Below, one piece after another: positions 16,732 to 25,169 of a stretch of 64,000 nucleotides of DNA; positions within the stretch are counted from its first letter, which is position 1; every line of letters starts with the position of its first letter. A program made the translations under genes and the position numbers. Below the pieces are notes generated by a model. It was not told the DNA's origin. It made no database searches and saw nothing but the letters and a program-made list of their open reading frames with translations. The DNA comes from Paludibacteraceae bacterium (GTDB lineage: Bacteria > Bacteroidota > Bacteroidia > Bacteroidales > Paludibacteraceae): assembly GCA_905234835.1 (NCBI GenBank), contig CAJOIZ010000006.1:10345-74344 (forward strand), in the 5' to 3' direction.

Positions 16732-18228
16732 ATGACCTTTCAAGAAGAGATACTACGCAGACGGACATTCGCGATTGTGTCCCACCCCGATGCCGGTAAG
16801 ACGACGCTGACCGAAAAACTGCTGCTCTACGGCGGAGCCATTCACGTTGCCGGTGCTGTCAAATCCAACAAAATCAAACGGACAGCCACTTCCGACTGGA
16901 TGGAGATTGAGAAACAACGCGGTATCAGTGTGGCTACCAGCGTTATGGGGTTCGACTATCAGGACTACCACATCAATATCCTTGACACTCCCGGTCACCA
17001 GGACTTTGCGGAGGACACGTTCCGCACTCTGACGGCTGTGGACAGCGTTATCATCGTCATTGACAGCGCCAAAGGTGTTGAGACGCAGACCAGACGGCTC
17101 ATGGAAGTGTGCCGGATGCGCAAAACGCCCGTGATGGTCTTTATGAACAAGATGGACCGCGAAGGCAAAGACCCGTTCGACCTGATGGACGATGTGGAGA
17201 AAGAGTTGGGCATAAGGGTTACGCCTATGTCGTGGGCGGATGGTCAGGGACTGAAATTCAGCGAGGTATGGACGCGTGGCAGCGAGCAATGGGAAACGCG
17301 CATAGCCGACACTGACCTCGAGTTGCTTAACGAGGTCTATCCCGTCTTCAACCGCGATGAATACCTTGCCGGCGACTTGGCACCTGTCTTCTTCGGCAGT
17401 GCGTATAAGACCATCGGCGTGCAGGAACTGCTTGATTTCTTTGTCCTTAATGCACCCTCACCGCGTCCCGTTCAAGCCGAAGAACGCATTGTGAACCCGA
17501 TGGAAGAGGCGTTCACGGGCTTCTGCTTCAAGATTCACGCCAATATGGACCCCAACCATCGCTCCTGCATCGCTTTCTTCAAGATTTGCAGCGGGGTGTT
17601 CCATCGTAACGAGTGGTACACCCTGATGCCTCCACCGGGGGGCAAGCCTGCCACTATGCGTTTCTCATCGCCCACTTGCTTTATGGCGCAACGCAAAGAG
17701 ACTGTCGATGAGGCGTTTGCAGGAGACATTGTAGGTCTGCCCGACACCGGTAATTTCAAGATTGGCGACACGCTCACGTCCGGTGAGATACTCCATTTCA
17801 AGGGACTGCCGTCTTTCTCGCCCGAGATGTTCAAATACATAGAGAACGCCGACCCGATGAAGCAAAAGCAGTTGGACAAAGGTGTCAAACAACTGATGGA
17901 CGAAGGCGTAGCGCAACTCTTTGTCAGCCAGTTGAACGGGCGCAAGATTATCGGCACGGTGGGGCAGCTCCAGTTTGAGGTCATTCAGTATCGCCTTGAG
18001 CACGAGTACAATGCTCTCTGCCGGTGGGAGCCCATCCAGCTCTACAAGGCCTGCTGGATAGAGAGCGATGATGCCGCACAGATTGCCGAGTTCAAACGAC
18101 GCAAGGCGCAGTATATGGCGTTCGACAAGGCGGGACGCGATGTCTTTCTTGCCGACTCCGCATATATCCTTCAATTAGCACAAAACGATTATCCACATAT
18201 CCGCTTCCATTTCACAAGCGAATTTTAA
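16732..18228 (+). CDS. prfC: peptide chain release factor 3
   Basis: G1 '[15 protein letters not shown]', 'DTPGHQDF' and 'NKMDREG'. The C-terminal domains are typical of RF3. Confidence 0.9.
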   Translation: MTFQEEILRRRTFAIVSHPDAGKTTLTEKLLLYGGAIHVAGAVKSNKIKRTATSDWMEIEKQRGISVATSVMGFDYQDYHINILDTPGHQDFAEDTFRTLTAVDSVIIVIDSAKGVETQTRRLMEVCRMRKTPVMVFMNKMDREGKDPFDLMDDVEKELGIRVTPMSWADGQGLKFSEVWTRGSEQWETRIADTDLELLNEVYPVFNRDEYLAGDLAPVFFGSAYKTIGVQELLDFFVLNAPSPRPVQAEERIVNPMEEAFTGFCFKIHANMDPNHRSCIAFFKICSGVFHRNEWYTLMPPPGGKPATMRFSSPTCFMAQRKETVDEAFAGDIVGLPDTGNFKIGDTLTSGEILHFKGLPSFSPEMFKYIENADPMKQKQLDKGVKQLMDEGVAQLFVSQLNGRKIIGTVGQLQFEVIQYRLEHEYNALCRWEPIQLYKACWIESDDAAQIAEFKRRKAQYMAFDKAGRDVFLADSAYILQLAQNDYPHIRFHFTSEF

Positions 18229-18244
18229 TACCCTCATATCTATT

Positions 18245-19111
18245 ATGACTACCGAAGAACTCCGCCCGCTTATTCAATTATGGTTCAGTGAAGACATTCG
18301 CGAGGGCGACCATACATCTCTATGCTGTATCCCCAAAGACTTGCAGGGGTGTCAGCAAGTTATCATCAAAGCAGAAGGCATACTCGCAGGCGTGGAAGTT
18401 GCCAAAGAAGTGATTCGTTACTTCGACCCCACCCTGCAGATTGAGCAGTTCCTGCACGATGGCGATGCCGTCAAGAAAGGCGACATAGCGTTTCGTGTTC
18501 GCGGCAGCGAGTTGAGTCTGCTGCAAGTGGAGCGCACTATGCTCAATATCATGCAGCTCATGTCCGGCATTGCCACTTCCACCCACCGCTACCAGTCGCT
18601 CATTGCTGACACGGGCTGCTACGTCCTCGACACGCGCAAAACGACTCCCGGACTGCGTTATCTTGAGAAAGAGGCGGTACGCATAGGTGGCGGCAAGAAC
18701 CACCGTATAGGGCTGTTTGACATGATTCTGCTCAAGGACAACCACGTGGACTTTGCCGGCGGCATCACGGCTGCACTCACCGGCGCGCAACGCTACTGCA
18801 AGGAAAAGAAGAAAGACCTGCGAATAGAGATTGAAACACGCAATTTCGACGAACTTCGCGAGGCGCTCGCCACGGGCATTCCCGACCGCGTGATGCTCGA
18901 TAACTACACGCCCCAAGCCACTCGCCAGGCGGTTGAAATAGTCCGCCAATGGGAAAAAGAGAACGGCAGGAAAATCGAGATTGAGTCCTCGGGGGGCATC
19001 ACTATTGACACCATTCGCGACTATGCGTTGGCGGGTGTGGACTTCGTTTCTGTCGGTGCGCTTACCCACTCTTTCAAAGCCCTTGACATGTCGTTCAAAG
19101 CAGTTAAATAA
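18245..19111 (+). CDS. nadC: nicotinate-nucleotide diphosphorylase (carboxylating)
   Basis: 'DTRKTTPGLRYLEKEAVRIGGGKNHRIGLFDMILLKDNH' is the QPRTase signature. Confidence 0.9.
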   Translation: MTTEELRPLIQLWFSEDIREGDHTSLCCIPKDLQGCQQVIIKAEGILAGVEVAKEVIRYFDPTLQIEQFLHDGDAVKKGDIAFRVRGSELSLLQVERTMLNIMQLMSGIATSTHRYQSLIADTGCYVLDTRKTTPGLRYLEKEAVRIGGGKNHRIGLFDMILLKDNHVDFAGGITAALTGAQRYCKEKKKDLRIEIETRNFDELREALATGIPDRVMLDNYTPQATRQAVEIVRQWEKENGRKIEIESSGGITIDTIRDYALAGVDFVSVGALTHSFKALDMSFKAVK

Positions 19112-19123
19112 CATTCTTATTCT

Positions 19124-20995
19124 ATGACAACCATCCCACAACGATTAGCGGCTCTGCGCGAGCAGATGCAACAAGCGGGCGTGAGCGCCTACATCGTACC
19201 CGGCACCGACCCACATAACAGCGAATACATGGCTTCACACTGGGCTGAAATGCAGTGGATCAGCGGCTTCCAAGGAGAGACCGGCACCGCCGTCATCACC
19301 CTGACCGAAGCGCTTCTGTGGACCGACAGCCGCTACTACCTGCAAGCCGAACAGGAACTGCAAGGCACCACCGTCCGCCTCATGCGCGAGAGCGACATCG
19401 ACTGCCCCACCATCGCCCAATGGCTGCGTGACAACGTGCAGGGTACGGTGGCGGTCAATGCCGAAATGTACACCGTCAATGCCTACCGCCAACTCAAGGA
19501 GTCCTTCGGCACGCTGCAACTGACCGCCTGCGATTTGATTCGCCCCATCTGGACGGACAACCGCCCCGACATACCGATGAACCCGCTCTATATCTACGAT
19601 GACCAGTATGCAGGCGAGTCCGTGGAGAGCAAACTCGCCCATGTCCGTCAAGTGCTCAAAGACGAGAACGCGCAAGCGCTGCTCATTGCCGCCCTTGACG
19701 AGATTGGCTGGCTGCTCAACATACGCGGCACGGACGTGGACTTCACGCCCTGCGTGATTGCTTACGTGGTCGTGGAGAACGACCGCTGCACGCTCTTTGT
19801 GAACAGCCGCAAAGTCAATACAGAAGATGCCGCCGCGCTGCAACGGAAAGGCGTTTCCCTCCTTCCCTACGAAGCCATCTACGATTACCTCCGCCACCTT
19901 TCCGCCGATACTGTCCTGATGGACGGCAACCGCGTCAATGAGGCTCTGTACGAAGCCGTTACGGGAAGTACTGTCCGTCTGTTCACGCCCTGCCCCGTGC
20001 AGAGGATGATGAGCGTGAAGAACGAAACGGAGATACAGGGCGAGCGACTTGCCATGATTGAGGACGGCGTGGCGCTGACACGTTTCTTCCGCTGGCTCGA
20101 CCGCTGGCAGGAGGAGCGCGACAGCGAAGAAACCGAACTGACCCTTGCCGCCCGCCTGCACGATTACCGCGCGCAGGGCAGACATTTCACGGACGACAGT
20201 TTCAGCACCATAGCGGGCTGGAATGCCAACGGCGCCATCGTCCATTATCACGCCGAAGAAGGCAAGTGCGCCGCTATCAAAGGCAGTGGCGTGCTGCTGC
20301 TCGACTCCGGCGGACAGTACCTTGACGGCACCACCGACATCACACGAACCGTATGGATTGGCGATGAGAAACAGATATCCGACCAACTGCGGCATGACTA
20401 CACCCTCGTCATGAAAGGACACATCGCCCTTGCCCGTGCGCGCTTCCCGAAAGGCACACGCGGCAACCAGTTGGACATCCTTGCCCACCAGTATATGTGG
20501 CAGGAAGGAATCACCTACGGACACGGAACAGGACACGGCGTAGGGCACTTCATGGGCTGCCACGAGGGACCCGCCAATATCCGGACGGACAACAACACAA
20601 ACCCCATCCGACTCGGCAACATCTTCTCCGATGAGCCGGGCATCTACCGCACGGGAGAGTACGGCATCCGCACGGAGAACCTCATCCTGACCGTCAAAGC
20701 AGGCTCGCAGAAGGTGGCTTTTGATAACTTGCAAGCCATGTCGAACGACACAAATAAGACAAACGTCAATATCTATCGCCCCCTTTCAGCCCGCACTACC
20801 GGCGAGGAGTACTACGAGTTTGAGACGCTCACCCTCTGCTTCTACGACACGCGCCTCTTAGACCTCGCAATGCTTACCGAAGACGAGAAAGCCTGGCTCA
20901 ACGCCTATCACCAACGCGTCTATACCACCCTCGCCCCGCACCTCAATAACGACGAAAAGGCTTTCCTGTGCGAAAAGTGCAGACAACTTCCCTGA
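19124..20995 (+). CDS. pepP: Xaa-Pro aminopeptidase (M24B, three-domain type)
   Basis: The metal ligands are in 'LLDSGGQY.DGTTDITRT', 'HGTGHGVGHFMGCHEGP' and 'SDEPGIY...GIRTEN'. Confidence 0.85.
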   Translation: MTTIPQRLAALREQMQQAGVSAYIVPGTDPHNSEYMASHWAEMQWISGFQGETGTAVITLTEALLWTDSRYYLQAEQELQGTTVRLMRESDIDCPTIAQWLRDNVQGTVAVNAEMYTVNAYRQLKESFGTLQLTACDLIRPIWTDNRPDIPMNPLYIYDDQYAGESVESKLAHVRQVLKDENAQALLIAALDEIGWLLNIRGTDVDFTPCVIAYVVVENDRCTLFVNSRKVNTEDAAALQRKGVSLLPYEAIYDYLRHLSADTVLMDGNRVNEALYEAVTGSTVRLFTPCPVQRMMSVKNETEIQGERLAMIEDGVALTRFFRWLDRWQEERDSEETELTLAARLHDYRAQGRHFTDDSFSTIAGWNANGAIVHYHAEEGKCAAIKGSGVLLLDSGGQYLDGTTDITRTVWIGDEKQISDQLRHDYTLVMKGHIALARARFPKGTRGNQLDILAHQYMWQEGITYGHGTGHGVGHFMGCHEGPANIRTDNNTNPIRLGNIFSDEPGIYRTGEYGIRTENLILTVKAGSQKVAFDNLQAMSNDTNKTNVNIYRPLSARTTGEEYYEFETLTLCFYDTRLLDLAMLTEDEKAWLNAYHQRVYTTLAPHLNNDEKAFLCEKCRQLP

Positions 20996-21076
20996 CCGGA
21001 ATCACGCATAAATCACAAAACCTGTAGGTTCACAACGAAAAACAAATAATCCTTTTGCCATACCAAATTACTTTCG

Positions 21077-21084
21077 TACCTTTG
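21077..21084 (+). promoter_or_regulatory. candidate -7 box TAnnTTTG (TACCTTTG)
   Basis: It lies about 50 nt upstream of the antitoxin ATG at 21135. Confidence 0.45.
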
Positions 21085-21134
21085 CGCCCGAAATTAAATA
21101 GCTACTATCCACCAATTCAAATGAGGACACCATT

Positions 21135-21326
21135 ATGGCTACAACTATCATTGAAAGTACTCCGCAGCGGATTGTTGTCAGTTTGACACCTCGCCGTTGG
21201 AATCGTTTGCTTAAGTTAGAGCGGACATATAAACTGGCACGCACCATCAGTCACAGTATGAAACAGGTGGAATCGGAACCGGCTATGACTCAGGAGGAAG
21301 CCTTTGAAGCGCTTCGAGCTTTATGA
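21135..21326 (+). CDS. putative antitoxin (63 aa)
   Basis: This small ORF is coupled to the toxin gene through an ATGA overlap at 21323-21326. I do not recognise its family. Confidence 0.5.
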   Translation: MATTIIESTPQRIVVSLTPRRWNRLLKLERTYKLARTISHSMKQVESEPAMTQEEAFEALRAL

Positions 21327-21643
21327 AAGTTAGAATGTCAGAAGCCTTTCGGGTTGCGTATAAGCAGCTCAAGAAACGCCACAAATCTTTAGAGGCTGAT
21401 TTTGAGGAGTTGCTTCGTTCGTTGTTTGAGAACCCAATGCAGGGGGTGGAACTTACAGGCGGAGCGCGTAAGATAAGGCTCGCCATAACGTCCAAAGGAC
21501 GCGGTAAGAGTGGAGGTGCAAGAGTTATCATTCGTGTAAGAATAGTTAACGATGAATTGCAACTGCTTTACATCTACGATAAGGCAGATATGGATAATAT
21601 CGGGGACGCTTTCCTGCGTGAACTGCTCAAACAGATGGATTAA
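21323..21643 (+). CDS. RelE/ParE-superfamily toxin (HigB/Gp49-like)
   Basis: 'GARKIRLAITSKGRGKSGGARVIIRV...LQLLYIYDKAD' carries the KSGGxRVI hallmark of this toxin family. Confidence 0.7.
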   Translation: MKVRMSEAFRVAYKQLKKRHKSLEADFEELLRSLFENPMQGVELTGGARKIRLAITSKGRGKSGGARVIIRVRIVNDELQLLYIYDKADMDNIGDAFLRELLKQMD

Positions 21644-21707
21644 CTATTTTCTTGTATAGGATTGAACCATATGGCAGATAATAATTCCGATAATCAGTGT
21701 CTGCGCG

Positions 21708-21839
21708 ACTTTCCTCACAAAAATGTGTAGGACAAGCACAACTTTCCTTACAAAAATGTGCAAGACAAGCTTAACTTTCCTCACAAAAATGTGCAGGACA
21801 AGCACAACTTTCCTCACAAAAATGTGTCTTTACTTGTCC
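21708..21839. repeat. four tandem 33-nt direct repeats (actttcctcacaaaaatgtg[ct]a[ag]gacaagc[at][ct]a)
   Basis: The units occupy 21708-40, 21741-73, 21774-806 and 21807-39 (the last one diverges). Each contains CACA-N4-TGTG. They lie just upstream of the promoter box for the ATPase gene. Confidence 0.9.
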
Positions 21840-21856
21840 GATATGAAAAAATAGAC

Positions 21857-21864
21857 TACCTTTG
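21857..21864 (+). promoter_or_regulatory. candidate -7 box TAnnTTTG (TACCTTTG)
   Basis: It lies about 70 nt upstream of the ATG at 21935. Confidence 0.45.
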
Positions 21865-21934
21865 CACCCGAAAAATCTATCGTTTTTCGTACGAAAACAG
21901 CAGTTTATACTTATGGAAATCGTGCAATGAAATA

Positions 21935-23254
21935 ATGAAACGTAAGATTTACAACGATTTGTTAAAATGGAAAGAGCAGGATAAGCCTCGGCGTAAGCCG
22001 CTCATCTTGGAAGGGGCAAGACAAGTTGGAAAGACTTGGCTGGCTCGCGAGTTGGGCAAGCGCGAGTTTGAGTCATTTGTAGAAATCAATTTTGAACGAC
22101 AGGCAGAAACACGATCGCTCTTTGAGGCAAATTTCGACCTCAAACGTATATTGATGGCTATTCAAGCACTGACCGGCAAGAAAGTAGAAGCCGGCAAGAC
22201 ACTCCTCTTTTTTGATGAGATACAATTCGCAAGGCGAGGCTTGCTCTCACTCAAGTATTTCTACGATGAGATGCCTGAATTGCATATCATTGCAGCTGGT
22301 TCACTACTCGGAGTAATTGACCATCCTGACGATTCTTTCCCTGTAGGAAAAGTGTCCTTTCTGACCGTATATCCACTCTGTTTCAGCGAATTTTTGACAG
22401 CGGTAGGCAAAGACGGACTGAACGATATGCTCCTTTCGGGCGACTTTGTGGCTATTGACTCATTTGCAGAAACCTTTACAGATTTATTGCGCCAATACTA
22501 CTATGTAGGTGGTATGCCCGAAGCGGTGCTGACATTTGTGGAACAGCAAGACTATCAAATCGTAAGGACAGTGCAACAGGAGATTCTGAAATCATATAAC
22601 AATGATTTCAGCAAACACCCGCCCAAAGAGATTGTCAGGCGTATGCTCTTGCTATGGCAATCTATCCCCGCACAATTAGCAAAGGAGAATAAAAAATTTA
22701 TTTATACTGCTGTCCGAAGCGGAGCAAGAGCACGTGACTACGAAACGGCTATACAGTGGCTGTGCGATGCGGGAGTGGTATATAAAGTAACGCGGGTATG
22801 GTCAGGCGAATTGCCGCTCAAAGGGTTTGAGGATATGGATGCCTTCAAGTTATATACTTTGGACATCGGTCTGCACGGAGCAATGTCCGGACTGGAAGCA
22901 TCCGCACTTATTGGCGGGAATGCCCTTTTCTTGCAATACAAGGGCGCACTCACAGAGCAGTTCGTACTACAGGAATTGCGTTGTATGGAAGGTACGGATA
23001 TTCATTACTGGACTCCTGAAGAGAGCCGGGCGGAGATCGATTTTGTAGTGCAATACAACGGCGAAGTGATTCCTATTGAAGTTAAAGCAGAGCAGCATCT
23101 CAAAGCCAAATCCATTGGCGTATATATCCGTCAGAATAGCCCGCAGCGTGTCATACGCACCTCGCTTGCCCCTTACCATAAGGGAGAAACTATCACGGAT
23201 GTCCCCTTGTACGCTTTCAGCGCAGTACTTAATCAGCCAAAACACAAAGTATAG
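21935..23254 (+). CDS. AAA-family ATPase with a C-terminal PD-(D/E)xK-like domain (AAA_14 / DUF4143 type)
   Basis: Start chosen at 'MKRKIYNDLLKW'. Walker A 'GARQVGKTW' and Walker B 'LLFFDEIQ'. The C-terminal 'AEIDFVVQYNGEVIPIEVKAEQ' fits a D...E-x-K nuclease motif. Confidence 0.8.
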   Translation: MKRKIYNDLLKWKEQDKPRRKPLILEGARQVGKTWLARELGKREFESFVEINFERQAETRSLFEANFDLKRILMAIQALTGKKVEAGKTLLFFDEIQFARRGLLSLKYFYDEMPELHIIAAGSLLGVIDHPDDSFPVGKVSFLTVYPLCFSEFLTAVGKDGLNDMLLSGDFVAIDSFAETFTDLLRQYYYVGGMPEAVLTFVEQQDYQIVRTVQQEILKSYNNDFSKHPPKEIVRRMLLLWQSIPAQLAKENKKFIYTAVRSGARARDYETAIQWLCDAGVVYKVTRVWSGELPLKGFEDMDAFKLYTLDIGLHGAMSGLEASALIGGNALFLQYKGALTEQFVLQELRCMEGTDIHYWTPEESRAEIDFVVQYNGEVIPIEVKAEQHLKAKSIGVYIRQNSPQRVIRTSLAPYHKGETITDVPLYAFSAVLNQPKHKV

Positions 23255-23280
23255 AATAATAGATAAAAGAACAGACAAAT

Positions 23281-25065
23281 ATGTTGGAACAACAACTTAC
23301 TCCCCTTGTTCTTCAAGCCGTCAAAGAGCTTTACGGCATAGACGCAAACGAACAACAAGTACAATTCCAGAAGACCCGTCCCGAATTTGAGGGACATCTG
23401 ACATTGGTCGTTTTCCCCTTCGTCAAAGCAGCACGCAAAGCTCCTGCACAAGTGGCTGCCGACTTGGGCGGATACCTACACAGCCATTGCCCGCAACTCA
23501 TAGAACGCTACAACGCCGTGCAGGGTTTCCTCAATCTCGTTATAGCAGATTCCTACTGGCTGCAAACACTGCAAACGATAGCAGCAGACGATAACTACGG
23601 GCAGCAGCCGGACCGCCACCAACTGATGATGGTCGAGTACTCGTCACCCAACACCAATAAGCCGCTGCACCTCGGACACGTGCGCAACAACCTGCTCGGT
23701 GCATCCATCGCACGCATACAGGAAGCCAACGGATGGCAAGTGGTCAAAACCAACATCGTCAACGACCGAGGCATACATATCTGCAAATCCATGCTCGCAT
23801 GGCTACGTTACGGCAATGGCGAGACACCCGAAAGCACGGGTAAGAAAGGCGACCACCTCATCGGCGACTACTACGTGCGCTTCGACAAAGAGTACAAGAA
23901 GCAGATTGAAGAACTGAAAGCCCAAGGTATGGACGAAGAAACAGCCAAGAAAGAGGCTCCGCTGATAAAAGAAGCACAAGATATGCTCCGCCGCTGGGAA
24001 CAAGGCGACAAAGAGATTAGAGACCTGTGGGCAAAGATGAACAGTTGGGTATATGCCGGTTTTGACGAGACCTATCGCCGTATGGGTGTGTCGTTCGACA
24101 AGATTTACTACGAGAGCAACACTTACTTGGAAGGAAAGAAAGAGGTGGAGCGCGGACTGAAAGAAGGTATCTTCTACCGCCGCGAAGACGGCTCTGTATG
24201 GGCAGACCTGACCAAGGACGGATTGGACGAGAAACTGCTGCTGCGCAGTGACGGCACATCGGTCTATATGACCCAGGACATAGGTACAGCCAAACTGCGT
24301 TACACCGACTATCCTATCAACAAGATGGTCTATGTGGTGGGCAACGAGCAGGAGTACCACTTCAAAGTCTTGTCGCTACTGTTGGACAAATTAGGTTTCC
24401 CATTCGGCAAAGAGTTGGTACATTTCTCTTACGGAATGGTGGAACTGCCCAACGGCAAGATGAAATCAAGGGAAGGCACGGTGGTGGATGCCGACGACCT
24501 GATGGCGGGGATGATAGACGAAGCCAAGGAACTGAGCAAAGACAAAGTCAATACGCTCACCGGCATCACCCCTGAAGAGGCGGACGAGATAGCCCGCGTA
24601 GTGGGTATGGGAGCACTCAAGTACTTTATCCTGAAAGTTGATCCGCGCAAGAACATGCTCTTCAACCCCGAAGAGAGCATCGACTTCAACGGCAACACGG
24701 GTCCGTTCATCCAGTACACCTACGCCCGCATACGCAGCGTCCTGCGCAAGGCGGAGGACGCGGGGGAAAAGGCAACAAACATTCAGACCATCCGGCTGAA
24801 CGGCAAGGAGCTGGCTCTCATACAGCGTCTTTCGGAGTTCCCGCAAACAGTACGTCAGGCGGGTGACGATTTCTCGCCTGCGGTGATAGCCAACTACGCC
24901 TATGCGCTTGCCTCGGAGTTTAACTCGTTCTACCACGATTTCAGCATCCTGGGCGAGAAGGACGAGGCGGTCCGTTCGTTCCGTCTGTCTTTGAGCGGTG
25001 CGGTGGCGAAAGTGCTGCGCAGATCCGCCTGCCTGTTGGGCATCGAAATGCCCGAACGGATGTAA
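23281..25065 (+). CDS. argS: arginine--tRNA ligase
   Basis: HIGH-type 'NKPLHLGHVRNN', KMSK-type 'GKMKSREGT', and a C-terminal anticodon-binding domain. Confidence 0.95.
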   Translation: MLEQQLTPLVLQAVKELYGIDANEQQVQFQKTRPEFEGHLTLVVFPFVKAARKAPAQVAADLGGYLHSHCPQLIERYNAVQGFLNLVIADSYWLQTLQTIAADDNYGQQPDRHQLMMVEYSSPNTNKPLHLGHVRNNLLGASIARIQEANGWQVVKTNIVNDRGIHICKSMLAWLRYGNGETPESTGKKGDHLIGDYYVRFDKEYKKQIEELKAQGMDEETAKKEAPLIKEAQDMLRRWEQGDKEIRDLWAKMNSWVYAGFDETYRRMGVSFDKIYYESNTYLEGKKEVERGLKEGIFYRREDGSVWADLTKDGLDEKLLLRSDGTSVYMTQDIGTAKLRYTDYPINKMVYVVGNEQEYHFKVLSLLLDKLGFPFGKELVHFSYGMVELPNGKMKSREGTVVDADDLMAGMIDEAKELSKDKVNTLTGITPEEADEIARVVGMGALKYFILKVDPRKNMLFNPEESIDFNGNTGPFIQYTYARIRSVLRKAEDAGEKATNIQTIRLNGKELALIQRLSEFPQTVRQAGDDFSPAVIANYAYALASEFNSFYHDFSILGEKDEAVRSFRLSLSGAVAKVLRRSACLLGIEMPERM

Positions 25066-25132
25066 CTGGTCGAATAATTTTGATTCAGAGAGAGAAAATT
25101 CAATTTTCATTTGCATAATGGCATTTTTGCCG

Positions 25133-25140
25133 TACTTTTG
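25133..25140 (+). promoter_or_regulatory. candidate -7 box TAnnTTTG (TACTTTTG)
   Basis: It lies 30 nt upstream of the ATG at 25170. Confidence 0.5.
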
Positions 25141-25169
25141 TGCGGTTTTACGAACTTATCCCCATATTT

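Noticed and set aside
19235-20734. A 499-aa ORF antisense to the Xaa-Pro aminopeptidase gene.
   Set aside because: The sense strand encodes a complete M24B peptidase with all metal-ligand motifs. The antisense product is low-complexity (Gly/Ala/Val/Asp-rich) with no motif, so it is a shadow ORF.
21758-21934. An N-terminal extension of the ATPase ORF ('MQDKLNFPHKNVQDKHNFPHKNV...').
   Set aside because: The extension is simply the translation of the 33-nt tandem DNA repeats and runs through the TACCTTTG promoter box. The homologous paralog starts at the equivalent of 'MKRKI', so 21935 was chosen.
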